From NCBI RefSeq assembly GCF_000237865.1, contig NC_017459.1, forward strand, positions 630,001-662,000: DNA of 32,000 bases. Direction: 5' to 3'. The stretch comes from Haloquadratum walsbyi C23 (GTDB taxonomy: Archaea > Halobacteriota > Halobacteria > Halobacteriales > Haloferacaceae). A program made the translations under genes and the position numbers. Below the pieces are notes generated by a model. The model was given only the letters and a program-made list of their open reading frames with translations. It was not told the DNA's origin and did not search any database. Positions 9,486 to 17,919 of the stretch are shown here, piece by piece (position 1 is the first letter of the stretch; each line of letters starts with the position of its first letter).

Positions 9486-9767
9486 ATGGCTGTTGAGAAC
9501 ATCGTCTGGCCACGCTATCTTGACGCGTCGATTACGCGATCGGATGGGCGTCGGGTTTCACTTCAGGATGCTATCGAGGATCCGGAGGTTGATGAGATCG
9601 CAGAAGCTGTTCAACAGATTGGGTATGATGCTGTTATCGAACATGATGTTGCACATCCTCGTGAGTGGGGAACAAGTGGACGTGTCATCGTCAAAGGTGC
9701 CGATGATTCGAGTAAAAATGATCTCGTTCAAGCAGTCGCTGCTTACATACATCTTCTCCGAGAGTAA
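9486..9767 (+). CDS. srp19: Signal recognition particle protein SRP19
   Basis: [28 protein letters not shown]...[12 protein letters not shown] matches the archaeal SRP19 pattern. 93 aa. Confidence 0.9.
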   Translation: MAVENIVWPRYLDASITRSDGRRVSLQDAIEDPEVDEIAEAVQQIGYDAVIEHDVAHPREWGTSGRVIVKGADDSSKNDLVQAVAAYIHLLRE

Positions 9768-9774
9768 TACATCA

Positions 9775-10008
9775 ATGCAACGTCTTGGCATCGTAACACA
9801 GCACGTCCAACATGTCTTAATTGCCCGATGTGATAGCAATATGAAATCGCCCCCGTCAATCGGTGCGCATGCAATTGATGAATCGCTTTCAACCGTTGGT
9901 CGCGTTGTTGATGTTTTTGGTCCGACTTCCCAGCCGTATATAGCAATTACTCCAGTCGAAACTTGCTCTCCAGCAGCTATACTTGGAGAAAAAATATATG
10001 CTAAATGA
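9775..10008 (+). CDS. gar1: H/ACA ribonucleoprotein component Gar1
   Basis: MQRLGIVTQHVQHVLIARCD...STVGRVVDVFGPTSQPYIAITPV...LGEKIY matches archaeal Gar1 (GxVxDVFGPxxxPYxxI). It is the C-terminal part of the listed 9424..10008 ORF. The first 117 codons of that ORF overlap srp19 out of frame and are spurious. Confidence 0.85.
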   Translation: MQRLGIVTQHVQHVLIARCDSNMKSPPSIGAHAIDESLSTVGRVVDVFGPTSQPYIAITPVETCSPAAILGEKIYAK

Positions 10009-10084
10009 TACGGAAATAATATCAGCTCTGTCTCATCAAACTACGAAACACAACTAGCATACATTATGACCGAAAAATAACCAC

Positions 10085-11104
10085 ATGCATAGACGCGTCG
10101 CCTTCGGTATTGGATTTACCGCGGTGCTCTTTTTTCTTGTTCAACTCGGTGCACTCGCACTTGTTCCAACATTTTACGAGCAAGGATATCAAACAGTCGA
10201 AGATCCAACAAACCCAACAAACAGTCTTCTATATATTGGAGCAATCCTTGTTGCAACAGCAGTAATGCTTGCTGCGTTTAAATATGAACTTCAGTGGCTC
10301 GTCAAGGGATTCATCACCCTCGCAGCCGGTTCGCTCGCATGGTATGTTTTTTCGGTATTCTTCTCACCATTGCTGGCAGCTATCCCTGCTGTTGGACTTG
10401 CGGTACTTTTGATTATTTATCCTGAGTGGTATATTATTGATGCTGCAGGTGTGTTGATGGGCGCAGGTGCAGCAGGATTATTTGGAATTAGTTTTGGACT
10501 CCTCCCAGCGCTTGTTTTATTGAGCATTCTTGCAGTCTATGATGCAATTAGTGTGTATGGCACTGAGCATATGCTTGATCTTGCGGCTGGTGTAATGGAT
10601 CTCAATCTTCCTGTTATCTTAGTCATCCCAACAACACTCTCATACTCACTCCGTGAGGATGTTTCACCAGTTGCAACAGACGACAACGCCAATGCTTCTG
10701 TGAGCGATAATGAAACACACACTCATACTAATGAATTGGCCGAGCACGATGCTGAGGCACCTAGCAGTATTGATGAGACTTCTACGGATGATAGTCATAT
10801 TCGAGACGCATTTTTTATTGGACTTGGTGATGCGGTAATGCCAACCGTCCTCGTCGCGAGTGCAGCGTTTTTTCTTCCAGCTGAACTGACTCCTTCACTT
10901 GGTATTTTCGGTATTCCAGCAATGACCCTTCCAGCGCTCACAGCAATGATCGGGACATTTATTGGATTATTTGTCCTCATGTGGCTTGTTGTGAAGGGTC
11001 GAGCACATGCTGGATTACCACTCTTGAATGGTGGTGCAATTGCAGGCTATCTTATTGGAGCTTTACTAAGTGGTGTACCGCTTATTCGCGCACTTGGTCT
11101 CTGA
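10085..11104 (+). CDS. Presenilin/signal-peptide-peptidase-like intramembrane aspartyl protease (A22 family)
   Basis: Multi-pass membrane protein with the catalytic motifs LAVYDAISV (YD), FIGLGDAVMP (GxGD) and LPALTAM (PAL). An acidic low-complexity loop lies between the catalytic TM helices. Confidence 0.85.
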   Translation: MHRRVAFGIGFTAVLFFLVQLGALALVPTFYEQGYQTVEDPTNPTNSLLYIGAILVATAVMLAAFKYELQWLVKGFITLAAGSLAWYVFSVFFSPLLAAIPAVGLAVLLIIYPEWYIIDAAGVLMGAGAAGLFGISFGLLPALVLLSILAVYDAISVYGTEHMLDLAAGVMDLNLPVILVIPTTLSYSLREDVSPVATDDNANASVSDNETHTHTNELAEHDAEAPSSIDETSTDDSHIRDAFFIGLGDAVMPTVLVASAAFFLPAELTPSLGIFGIPAMTLPALTAMIGTFIGLFVLMWLVVKGRAHAGLPLLNGGAIAGYLIGALLSGVPLIRALGL

Positions 11105-11186
11105 TTCGCTTGTTTGGGCTCGCATTAATTGCATCCACATCCAAGAGGTGCATTATAGTGCGATCTCAGGGTAATTCACTAGACTA

Positions 11187-11600
11187 GAGGGTTCATAGAA
11201 GAGGTTTCACACCGTGATCACGGTACTTCCCGGATTGTCTTCTTGTTCGTAGTTGGTGATTACGACGACGAGGCGCAGACACAACGCGAGGAACACCTGC
11301 GCTTGTGCATGGACGCAGCCTCGGGCGTGCGTATACCCGGGTCGCAGCCCTTGACTGATTCATTGGTTCGTTCGACACCACTCCGGCGGTTGTACGCCTC
11401 GTCCAGCGTTGACTGCTTCAGCTGAACGTCCTTGCTGTGTTTTTCGATGCGGTCGAGGGTGTCATAGAACAGTTGGCATGGTTTTCTGATACCAGCTGAG
11501 AGGACTGCTATTGCTGGTTTTGAATAGCGGCAGCATCTTTTATTTTTAGACATCTTTATTAAAAGCTACTGAGGTGTGTGAATCGTTCTATGATGCTCTC
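11187..11600 (-). mobile_element. Internally deleted IS4/IS5-superfamily insertion sequence remnant, apparently retaining both termini
   Basis: GAGGGTTCATAGAA (11187-11200) and TTCTATGATGCTCTC (11586-11600) form imperfect inverted repeats with an 8-nt perfect core TCATAGAA. They bracket the transposase tail fragment listed next. Confidence 0.55.
11207..11553 (-). pseudogene. DDE transposase C-terminal fragment, frameshifted
   Basis: ORF 11260..11553 reads ...LDEAYNRRSGVERTNESVK, which is the Y-x2-R-x3-E-x6-K signature. The tail continues in another frame as GYTHARGCVHAQAQVFLALCLRLVVVITNYEQEDNPGSTVITV, with the stop at 11207-11209. No N-terminal DDE region is present. Confidence 0.75.
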
Positions 11601-11667
11601 TCAAATTAATAATTTGTAACAGTTCGCAACTCTGAAAGAGTATCAATCACCGTTTCATCTCTTGTGC

Positions 11668-12165
11668 TCACAAGAGAAACGTCTCTTGCCGCGCTGAAAG
11701 GTCAATAAAGGTATCAGCCGCATCAACCAATTCATCTGCAGTCGATTCACGAAATGACATCACCTCAACTCGGACGCCTTCGTGTCTTAGGTGTGAACAA
11801 AGCCGTGAGAAATCACCATCTCCGGTACAAAGAACAACTGTATCAACATGATTAGCAAGTGTCACCGCATCGAGACTCATTCCAACATCCCAATCAGCCT
11901 TTTTACTACCATCACCGAACGTCTTAATCTGCTTAATTTTTGGCTCAAACCCAATATCGACAAGCGCCTCAAAGAATGTCTCCTCCTCTGGCGCGTCTGC
12001 TTGGATAACGTATGCAATGGCGCGCGTGAGTTCTCGCCCTGAAACACCTTTCTTCAATAATGATCCGTAGTCGATCTTTTGTGAATACAGACTCTGTGCG
12101 GTATGATAGAGATTCTGTGCATCTGCAAGCACTGCAACGCGTTGTCCGGGGTGAATTTCGGTCAT
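11668..12165 (-). CDS. NYN-domain (LabA/DUF88-like) protein, putative RNase
   Basis: RVAVLADAQNLYHTAQSLY...IDYGSLL...KADWDVGMSLDAV...VDTVVLCTGDGDFSRL...GVRVEVMSF is the typical NYN/LabA pattern. I prefer the ATG at 12165 over the GTG at 12171. Confidence 0.8.
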   Translation of the reverse strand: MTEIHPGQRVAVLADAQNLYHTAQSLYSQKIDYGSLLKKGVSGRELTRAIAYVIQADAPEEETFFEALVDIGFEPKIKQIKTFGDGSKKADWDVGMSLDAVTLANHVDTVVLCTGDGDFSRLCSHLRHEGVRVEVMSFRESTADELVDAADTFIDLSARQETFLL

Positions 12166-12835
12166 ACACACGTTGGATGCGGCTCATAGATTAATCTACG
12201 GTCATACATATGTCAATAGGATTTATTTACAAGCGTCCAAGGAGTTGATTAATCTTACACTGACCACTCTACAGATACTCACAGCGAGTGATTCAGGGTT
12301 TCTGTTTACTCTTGAAAATAATTCATTATGACAACCATATTTCATGCTCACGCGATGACGAAATGTATTTATTTATCCATAATTATTTCATCAATTGTGA
12401 CATATATCACGGTATCACCACTGACACACTGTCGTCAACACGTGATCCGTGGTAGTATATCCAATCCACAGTACCGGTGCGTTCATCAAATCAACACCGA
12501 GCAATGGACATTACGCCCACTATACGCACCCCCTATTCTGAATGTATGCATCCGTTATACCCTGCATACACGCAATCGCAGCTGTAACCGTAATCGCAAT
12601 CGTAAGCATAAGCGCAAGCGTACTCACACACTCATATTCTCTAGTCTTGGGCAGACATAGCGCCTCTGTCCTTGGCGATTTTATTGATACGCATTTTGAT
12701 GTGTATCTCACATTGAGCATGCTGATACGACACCACACGTCAACGTCATTATTATGACCTCATACTGAGACCATATCATACAAGACAGTATTGTCTCCGA
12801 CAGATAATCAACATACACACACTGACATACAACAT

Positions 12836-13759
12836 ATGACAGATATTGATCTTACTGGCGTGTTTCCTGCGATGACAACGCCATTTACACCAGACGGACG
12901 TATCGACTACGACATACTTGCCCAAAATGCACAACGGCTTGAGACAGCAGGTGTCTCTGGACTCGTTCCAGCCGGGTCAACAGGTGAAAGTGCAACCCTA
13001 ACCCATGATGAGCATATTGATGTGATTGAAACAGTCATTGATTCCGTTAATGATGTGCCTGTCATTGCTGGATCAGGCTCAAACTCAACGCGTGAAGCAC
13101 TCAATCTCTCAGAACGTGCCGCTGATGCCGGTGCTGATGCACTATTGTTAATCTCGCCATATTATAATATTCCAGAACAAGCCGGACTCAAAGATCATTA
13201 CCGAACCATCGCCGATGCGATTGACATCCCACAGATCGTATATAATGTTCCCGGACGGACAGGAACAAACATTGAACCGGAGACTGTCGCTACACTTGCC
13301 TCACATAGGAATATTGTCGGTTATAAGGCTGCAAGCGGGGATGTTGGGCAAATATCCTCTGTGGTTGAGCAGACCCGGTCTGAGGCTTTTTCTGTTCTGT
13401 CCGGTGATGATATTCTCACACTTCCAATCTGCGGACTCGGTGGAAGTGGTGTTATTTCCGTCGGGGCAAATATTGAACCTGCTCAGACAACTGCGATGGT
13501 TGGTGCAGCGGTTAGTGGCGATTATGACCGTGCACGAAATCTGCACTATCAGTTGGCTCCACTCTTCGAGCATCTCTTTGTTGAAACAAATCCGATTCCG
13601 GTGAAAGCCGCAATGGAATATCGGGACTATGGTCCTGGCACACTCCGCCCTCCACTAACTGATTTATCAGACAAACACCGCAAAAGACTTGAATCAATTC
13701 TTGACGATCTCGATGCTGATCGTGAAATGGCATTAGCTGGGCAGACGGAGGTCATCTAA
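12836..13759 (+). CDS. dapA: 4-hydroxy-tetrahydrodipicolinate synthase
   Basis: VFPAMTTPF...PAGSTGESATLTHDEH...YNVPGRTG...VGYKAASGD are the DapA motifs, including the active-site Lys. The ATG at 12836 is in frame with the listed TTG at 12791. Confidence 0.92.
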   Translation: MTDIDLTGVFPAMTTPFTPDGRIDYDILAQNAQRLETAGVSGLVPAGSTGESATLTHDEHIDVIETVIDSVNDVPVIAGSGSNSTREALNLSERAADAGADALLLISPYYNIPEQAGLKDHYRTIADAIDIPQIVYNVPGRTGTNIEPETVATLASHRNIVGYKAASGDVGQISSVVEQTRSEAFSVLSGDDILTLPICGLGGSGVISVGANIEPAQTTAMVGAAVSGDYDRARNLHYQLAPLFEHLFVETNPIPVKAAMEYRDYGPGTLRPPLTDLSDKHRKRLESILDDLDADREMALAGQTEVI

Positions 13760-13767
13760 TTATATCG

Positions 13768-14691
13768 ATGTCTAATACCGAAACAAATTCACATAAGGAT
13801 TCTACCAATACGACCGTTTCAAACTCGTCTACACAGCCCGGGGTTCGACTTGCAATCACCGGTGCAAGTGGTCGAATGGGCACTGAACTTCGATCGATGG
13901 CAAATGAGAAAACTGCCATTGAGTTTGTGCTTGCAATAACACAAACCCCTGATTCAGTCCCTGCCCCGAAACCCGACTCAGTTGATGCACCAGATGCGAT
14001 TATTCCTGTAAGTGGTGAACCGTCTGAAACAGGACTCGAAGGGTCACTTGAGACACACGACATAGATGTCTTAGTTGATTTCACCACTCCAGATGCAAGT
14101 ATTGAATATCTTGATGCTGTTGATACGGCGAATGTGGATGTTGCAGCCATTATAGGAACAACCGGATATGATGATGCTCAACGCTCAATGATTTCCTCAT
14201 TTGCTGAGACGACCCCTATCCTCAAGGCTTCAAATTTCTCACGTGGCATTGCAGCACTTCGCCGGGCTGTTAGCGAAGTTGTCTCAACGCTTCCATCATA
14301 CGATATTGAAGTGACTGAAACACACCACAATGGAAAGCGTGACGCGCCATCAGGTACAGCAGTGACGATACTTGATGATATTGAATCTGCACAAAATAAC
14401 TCGGAATCCTCGACGCACGTTCACGGTCGTGTTGGCGACGCACCGCGTCACGAATCGGAGATTGGTGTTCATGCACGTCGTGCTGGTGATATCGCTGGTA
14501 AGCATGAGGTGCTCATGGCTGGTGGCGATGAGGTTCTTGAACTTACGCACCGGGCTGGCTCACGAGGTATCTTTGCAGCTGGTGCGTTGGATGCAGCGGT
14601 GTGGATTGCTGGACGATCTCCAGGGGAGTATGACTTCGATGCTGTCTTAGATGCTGGCACTGATACTACTGAATATAATGAGGATTCATAA
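13768..14691 (+). CDS. dapB: 4-hydroxy-tetrahydrodipicolinate reductase, with N-terminal and internal low-complexity inserts
   Basis: VRLAITGASGRMG, DVLVDFTTPDA, IIGTTGY and IEVTETHHNGKRDAPSGTA are the DapB signatures. Confidence 0.9.
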   Translation: MSNTETNSHKDSTNTTVSNSSTQPGVRLAITGASGRMGTELRSMANEKTAIEFVLAITQTPDSVPAPKPDSVDAPDAIIPVSGEPSETGLEGSLETHDIDVLVDFTTPDASIEYLDAVDTANVDVAAIIGTTGYDDAQRSMISSFAETTPILKASNFSRGIAALRRAVSEVVSTLPSYDIEVTETHHNGKRDAPSGTAVTILDDIESAQNNSESSTHVHGRVGDAPRHESEIGVHARRAGDIAGKHEVLMAGGDEVLELTHRAGSRGIFAAGALDAAVWIAGRSPGEYDFDAVLDAGTDTTEYNEDS

Positions 14692-15539
14692 TGAGCATCG
14701 AATCTAATATCCATAATCTCTGGCAGCAATACAGCACTGATGAGCTCACCGCAGAGACAGCTGATACAGCTACATATAATATACTTGACGAATTTTTGAC
14801 GGCGATTGAATCTGGTGATATCCGAGCAGCCGAGCCAGCAAATGATACAGCCGGTCCTGAGGGATGGGTTGTGAACGAATGGGTCAAACAGGGAATCTTA
14901 TTGAATTTCGGCTTACGAGAAACGCGCCCACGGGAGTATGGTGATGTTACCTATCATGATGTCCTCCCACTTCGTGAGACGCATGACCTTGGTGACCGGG
15001 GGACACGAAATACCCCTGATGGGACAGTCATTCGCCGGGGGGCGCATCTTGGCTCAGATTGTATTATGATGTCACCGTCATTCGTTAACGTCGGTGCATA
15101 TGTTGGAAATGGAACATTGGTTGACTCATGTAACACCGTTGGGTCATGTGCACAGATTGGATCGAATGTTAAACTCGGTGCAAATACCCTTATTGGGGGG
15201 GTTCTTGAACCGGTTGAAGATACTCCAGTAATTATTGAATCCGGTGCTGCGCTTGGTGCTGGCTGCCGTGTAACATCTGGATTTCATGTCGGTGAGAATA
15301 CGATTATTGGCGAGAACACGTTGTTATCGCCTCGAATACCCGTATATGATCTTGTCGATGAGACAGTCTACTATGGAAAGCTCCCTGCAAACCGACGTGC
15401 ATTCACCCGATATGTTGAATCCTCACTTGGTGATCACGATCTGTTTGAATCAGGGGCATACAAACCAGCCGTCGTTGCAGTCGATATCGAAGCTGAGACA
15501 CTTGATCAAACACGCCGTGAGGAGGCGTTACGTGAATGA
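14691..15539 (+). CDS. dapD: Tetrahydrodipicolinate N-acyl(succinyl)transferase, hexapeptide-repeat family
   Basis: Left-handed beta-helix hexapeptide repeats (GAYVGNGTLVDS..VGSCAQIGSNVKLGANTLIGG...). The position in the dap operon and the 1-nt TAATG overlap with dapB support the call. Confidence 0.85.
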   Translation: MSIESNIHNLWQQYSTDELTAETADTATYNILDEFLTAIESGDIRAAEPANDTAGPEGWVVNEWVKQGILLNFGLRETRPREYGDVTYHDVLPLRETHDLGDRGTRNTPDGTVIRRGAHLGSDCIMMSPSFVNVGAYVGNGTLVDSCNTVGSCAQIGSNVKLGANTLIGGVLEPVEDTPVIIESGAALGAGCRVTSGFHVGENTIIGENTLLSPRIPVYDLVDETVYYGKLPANRRAFTRYVESSLGDHDLFESGAYKPAVVAVDIEAETLDQTRREEALRE

Positions 15540-16930
15540 GCACCATTGATACAGAACAAACCACGGATAATACTGACAGCGGTGCCCCTATCAGGCGACT
15601 TGCTGCATGGGACGCTGATTCCCTTTGTAACCTTGCTGCAGAGTTCGAAACTCCACTGTATGTAATTGATGCTCAGAGGGTCCGTGAAAACTGTGCTCGA
15701 CTTCTTGATGCGTTTCCAGCAGCAACAATCCGATATGCAATCAAAGCACACAGCGGACAAGCAGTCCTCAAAGTAATTCGTGATGCGGGGATTGATGTCG
15801 AATGCGCCTCTGCTGGTGAGGTCAAAGCAGCACTCGCTGCTGGATTCAATGGAAATCGGATTCAATACACTGCTGTCAATCCACCGGCCCGTGATCTTGA
15901 TGCAATTATTAATTGGTGGCAAGAAAATAAGCAGCTAACAATTACTGTTGGTGCAGCCGATACAGTTGAGCGACTCCAAGAACGTGGCTTCGATGGTCGA
16001 TTATGTATTCGCGTGAATCCAAATGTCGGTGCTGGTCATCATGAGAAGGTGACCACCGGGGCGAACGCGAAATTTGGTATTCCGTATGAACGTGTGAGTG
16101 AATTAGCTACACAGTGGGCAACAGAATTTGATCTTGTTGGGATCCACGCGCACGCTGGTAGCGGAATCAGCGGGGAAGACCTTTCTTCACACGAGGAACT
16201 TGTTCGTCGAATGGGAACCCTCACACGGACAATCACCGAGTGTGCTGGATCGCTCGAATTTGTTGATGTTGGTGGGGGATTCGGCGTCCCATATCGAGCA
16301 AATGATCCACCACTTGATATTCACACCGTCGCTGAGAGAACACGAGATGCACTTGGAACAGTTGATGCTACGCTGGCAATTGAACCAGGTCGGTACGTCG
16401 TTGCTGATGCGGGTGTACTCTTGACACGTGTGAACACTATCAAAAGCGCACGCGAAACAACCGTTGTTGGTGTTGATGCCGGGATGACGACACTACTCCG
16501 TCCCGCAATGTATGATGCTTACCACGAAATTGAGAATATCTCAGCATCACCGACCACAGACTCGATGCCGGTGACTATCGCTGGTCCAATATGTGAATCG
16601 TCTGATATATTTGCTGAGGGTCGATCAATCTCAGCGCCAACGCGTGGTGATATTATTGCAATTGGGACTGCAGGAGCATATGGATATGAGATGGCAAGCA
16701 CATACAATGCCCGACCACGACCAGCAGAGGTTATCTATGATGATAATACAGCAAAAGTCGCGCGTCGTCGTGAGACACGTGATGAGTTAGATGTACTTGA
16801 GACATCCTCAGACGAGCACTCGGTTTCATTATCATCGGTGGTTTCACATTCTCATTCTTCAGTCGCACCTGAGTCGACTATGTCTTCATCTTCAACAGGA
16901 GATACGCCTCCTGGTGGTGAATCACAGTGA
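15536..16930 (+). CDS. lysA: Diaminopimelate decarboxylase, with a Ser-rich C-terminal extension
   Basis: RYAIKAHSG (PLP Lys), HAHAGSG, VDVGGGFGVPY, GPICESSD and GAYGYEMAS. It overlaps dapD by ATGA. Confidence 0.92.
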   Translation: MSTIDTEQTTDNTDSGAPIRRLAAWDADSLCNLAAEFETPLYVIDAQRVRENCARLLDAFPAATIRYAIKAHSGQAVLKVIRDAGIDVECASAGEVKAALAAGFNGNRIQYTAVNPPARDLDAIINWWQENKQLTITVGAADTVERLQERGFDGRLCIRVNPNVGAGHHEKVTTGANAKFGIPYERVSELATQWATEFDLVGIHAHAGSGISGEDLSSHEELVRRMGTLTRTITECAGSLEFVDVGGGFGVPYRANDPPLDIHTVAERTRDALGTVDATLAIEPGRYVVADAGVLLTRVNTIKSARETTVVGVDAGMTTLLRPAMYDAYHEIENISASPTTDSMPVTIAGPICESSDIFAEGRSISAPTRGDIIAIGTAGAYGYEMASTYNARPRPAEVIYDDNTAKVARRRETRDELDVLETSSDEHSVSLSSVVSHSHSSVAPESTMSSSSTGDTPPGGESQ

Positions 16931-17919
16931 GTGATGAGTCGGCATTAGTTACCGCTGTGAAGTATCACGGGACTGGTAATGATTTTATTATTGTCGACGA
17001 CACTAAGGAGATTCCTAACCGTCGAGCATTTGCAAAAGTCCACTGCAGTCGGGATACAGGCGTCTGCCATGAGACAACTGATCGACGCGGTGCTGACGGT
17101 GTGTTATTCCTTGCAATTAAGCAGCAACATACACCAATACAAGTGGTCATGACACTTATTCAGCCGGATGGGTCGACTGCGGCAATGTGTGGTAATGGTG
17201 CTCGAGTTGCGGCTGCATGGGCAGCTGAACAGACGGGAGCGACAGAGATGATGATTGAAACCCCTGCTGGCACCCGACATGCGACGCTTTCAGGGGATAC
17301 TATCACGATTGAGATGGGAACACCAGTATTTACACCACGTTGTGTTCCACTTACCACCGATCGTGATACCGCTCTTATTGATGAACAGATTGGGTCGCTC
17401 TCAATCACCGCAGTAAACACAGGTGTTCCACATGCCGTTGGGATGGTTGATGATATTGACTCCATCTCATTGAATGATATCGCACCTCCAATCAGGCATG
17501 CCGATATGTTTCCAGCCGGTGTCAACGTGACACTTGCGGAACTGACTGGTGCTACTCAATTTCGACAACGGACGTATGAACGTGGTGTTGAGGATGAAAC
17601 ACGTTCTTGTGGGACGGGGGCAGTCGCTATCGCTGCTGTTGCCTGTAGAATTGGAATTATTGATACAGACACTCCAATAACGGTTAGACCACCAGGTGGT
17701 GCACTTCGCGTCACTGTCGCCTCTGATCAATCAACAACGCTCACTGGGTCAGTGGAACGTGAATTCCAAACAGAACTTACAGTCATTACTGAGTCATCAC
17801 CACGTTCAACAGCACCCACAATGCCACAAGCAAAATCTTCTGATTCAGGTCTCTCCTCGGAGCATAACAATACCATAGAATCCTCACCAAGCCCATCTCA
17901 AGACGATGTCACTCGATAA
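16927..17919 (+). CDS. dapF: Diaminopimelate epimerase, with a Ser/Pro-rich C-terminal tail
   Basis: KYHGTGNDFIIVDD, with the two catalytic Cys motifs AAMCGNGARV and TRSCGTGAVA. The GTG start overlaps the lysA stop (GTGA). Confidence 0.9.
   Translation: MSDESALVTAVKYHGTGNDFIIVDDTKEIPNRRAFAKVHCSRDTGVCHETTDRRGADGVLFLAIKQQHTPIQVVMTLIQPDGSTAAMCGNGARVAAAWAAEQTGATEMMIETPAGTRHATLSGDTITIEMGTPVFTPRCVPLTTDRDTALIDEQIGSLSITAVNTGVPHAVGMVDDIDSISLNDIAPPIRHADMFPAGVNVTLAELTGATQFRQRTYERGVEDETRSCGTGAVAIAAVACRIGIIDTDTPITVRPPGGALRVTVASDQSTTLTGSVEREFQTELTVITESSPRSTAPTMPQAKSSDSGLSSEHNNTIESSPSPSQDDVTR

Noticed and set aside
12328-12757. ORFs in the AT-rich spacer upstream of dapA (110, 72 and 71 aa).
   Set aside because: They have basic, Cys/His/Ile-rich low-complexity translations, they overlap one another, and there are no motifs.
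12166-12835. A lysine riboswitch or other leader structure controlling the dap/lysA operon.
   Set aside because: I found no conserved L-box-like helices or any stable GC-supported structure by eye, and lysine riboswitches are not established in archaea. A covariance-model scan would be needed to exclude it formally.
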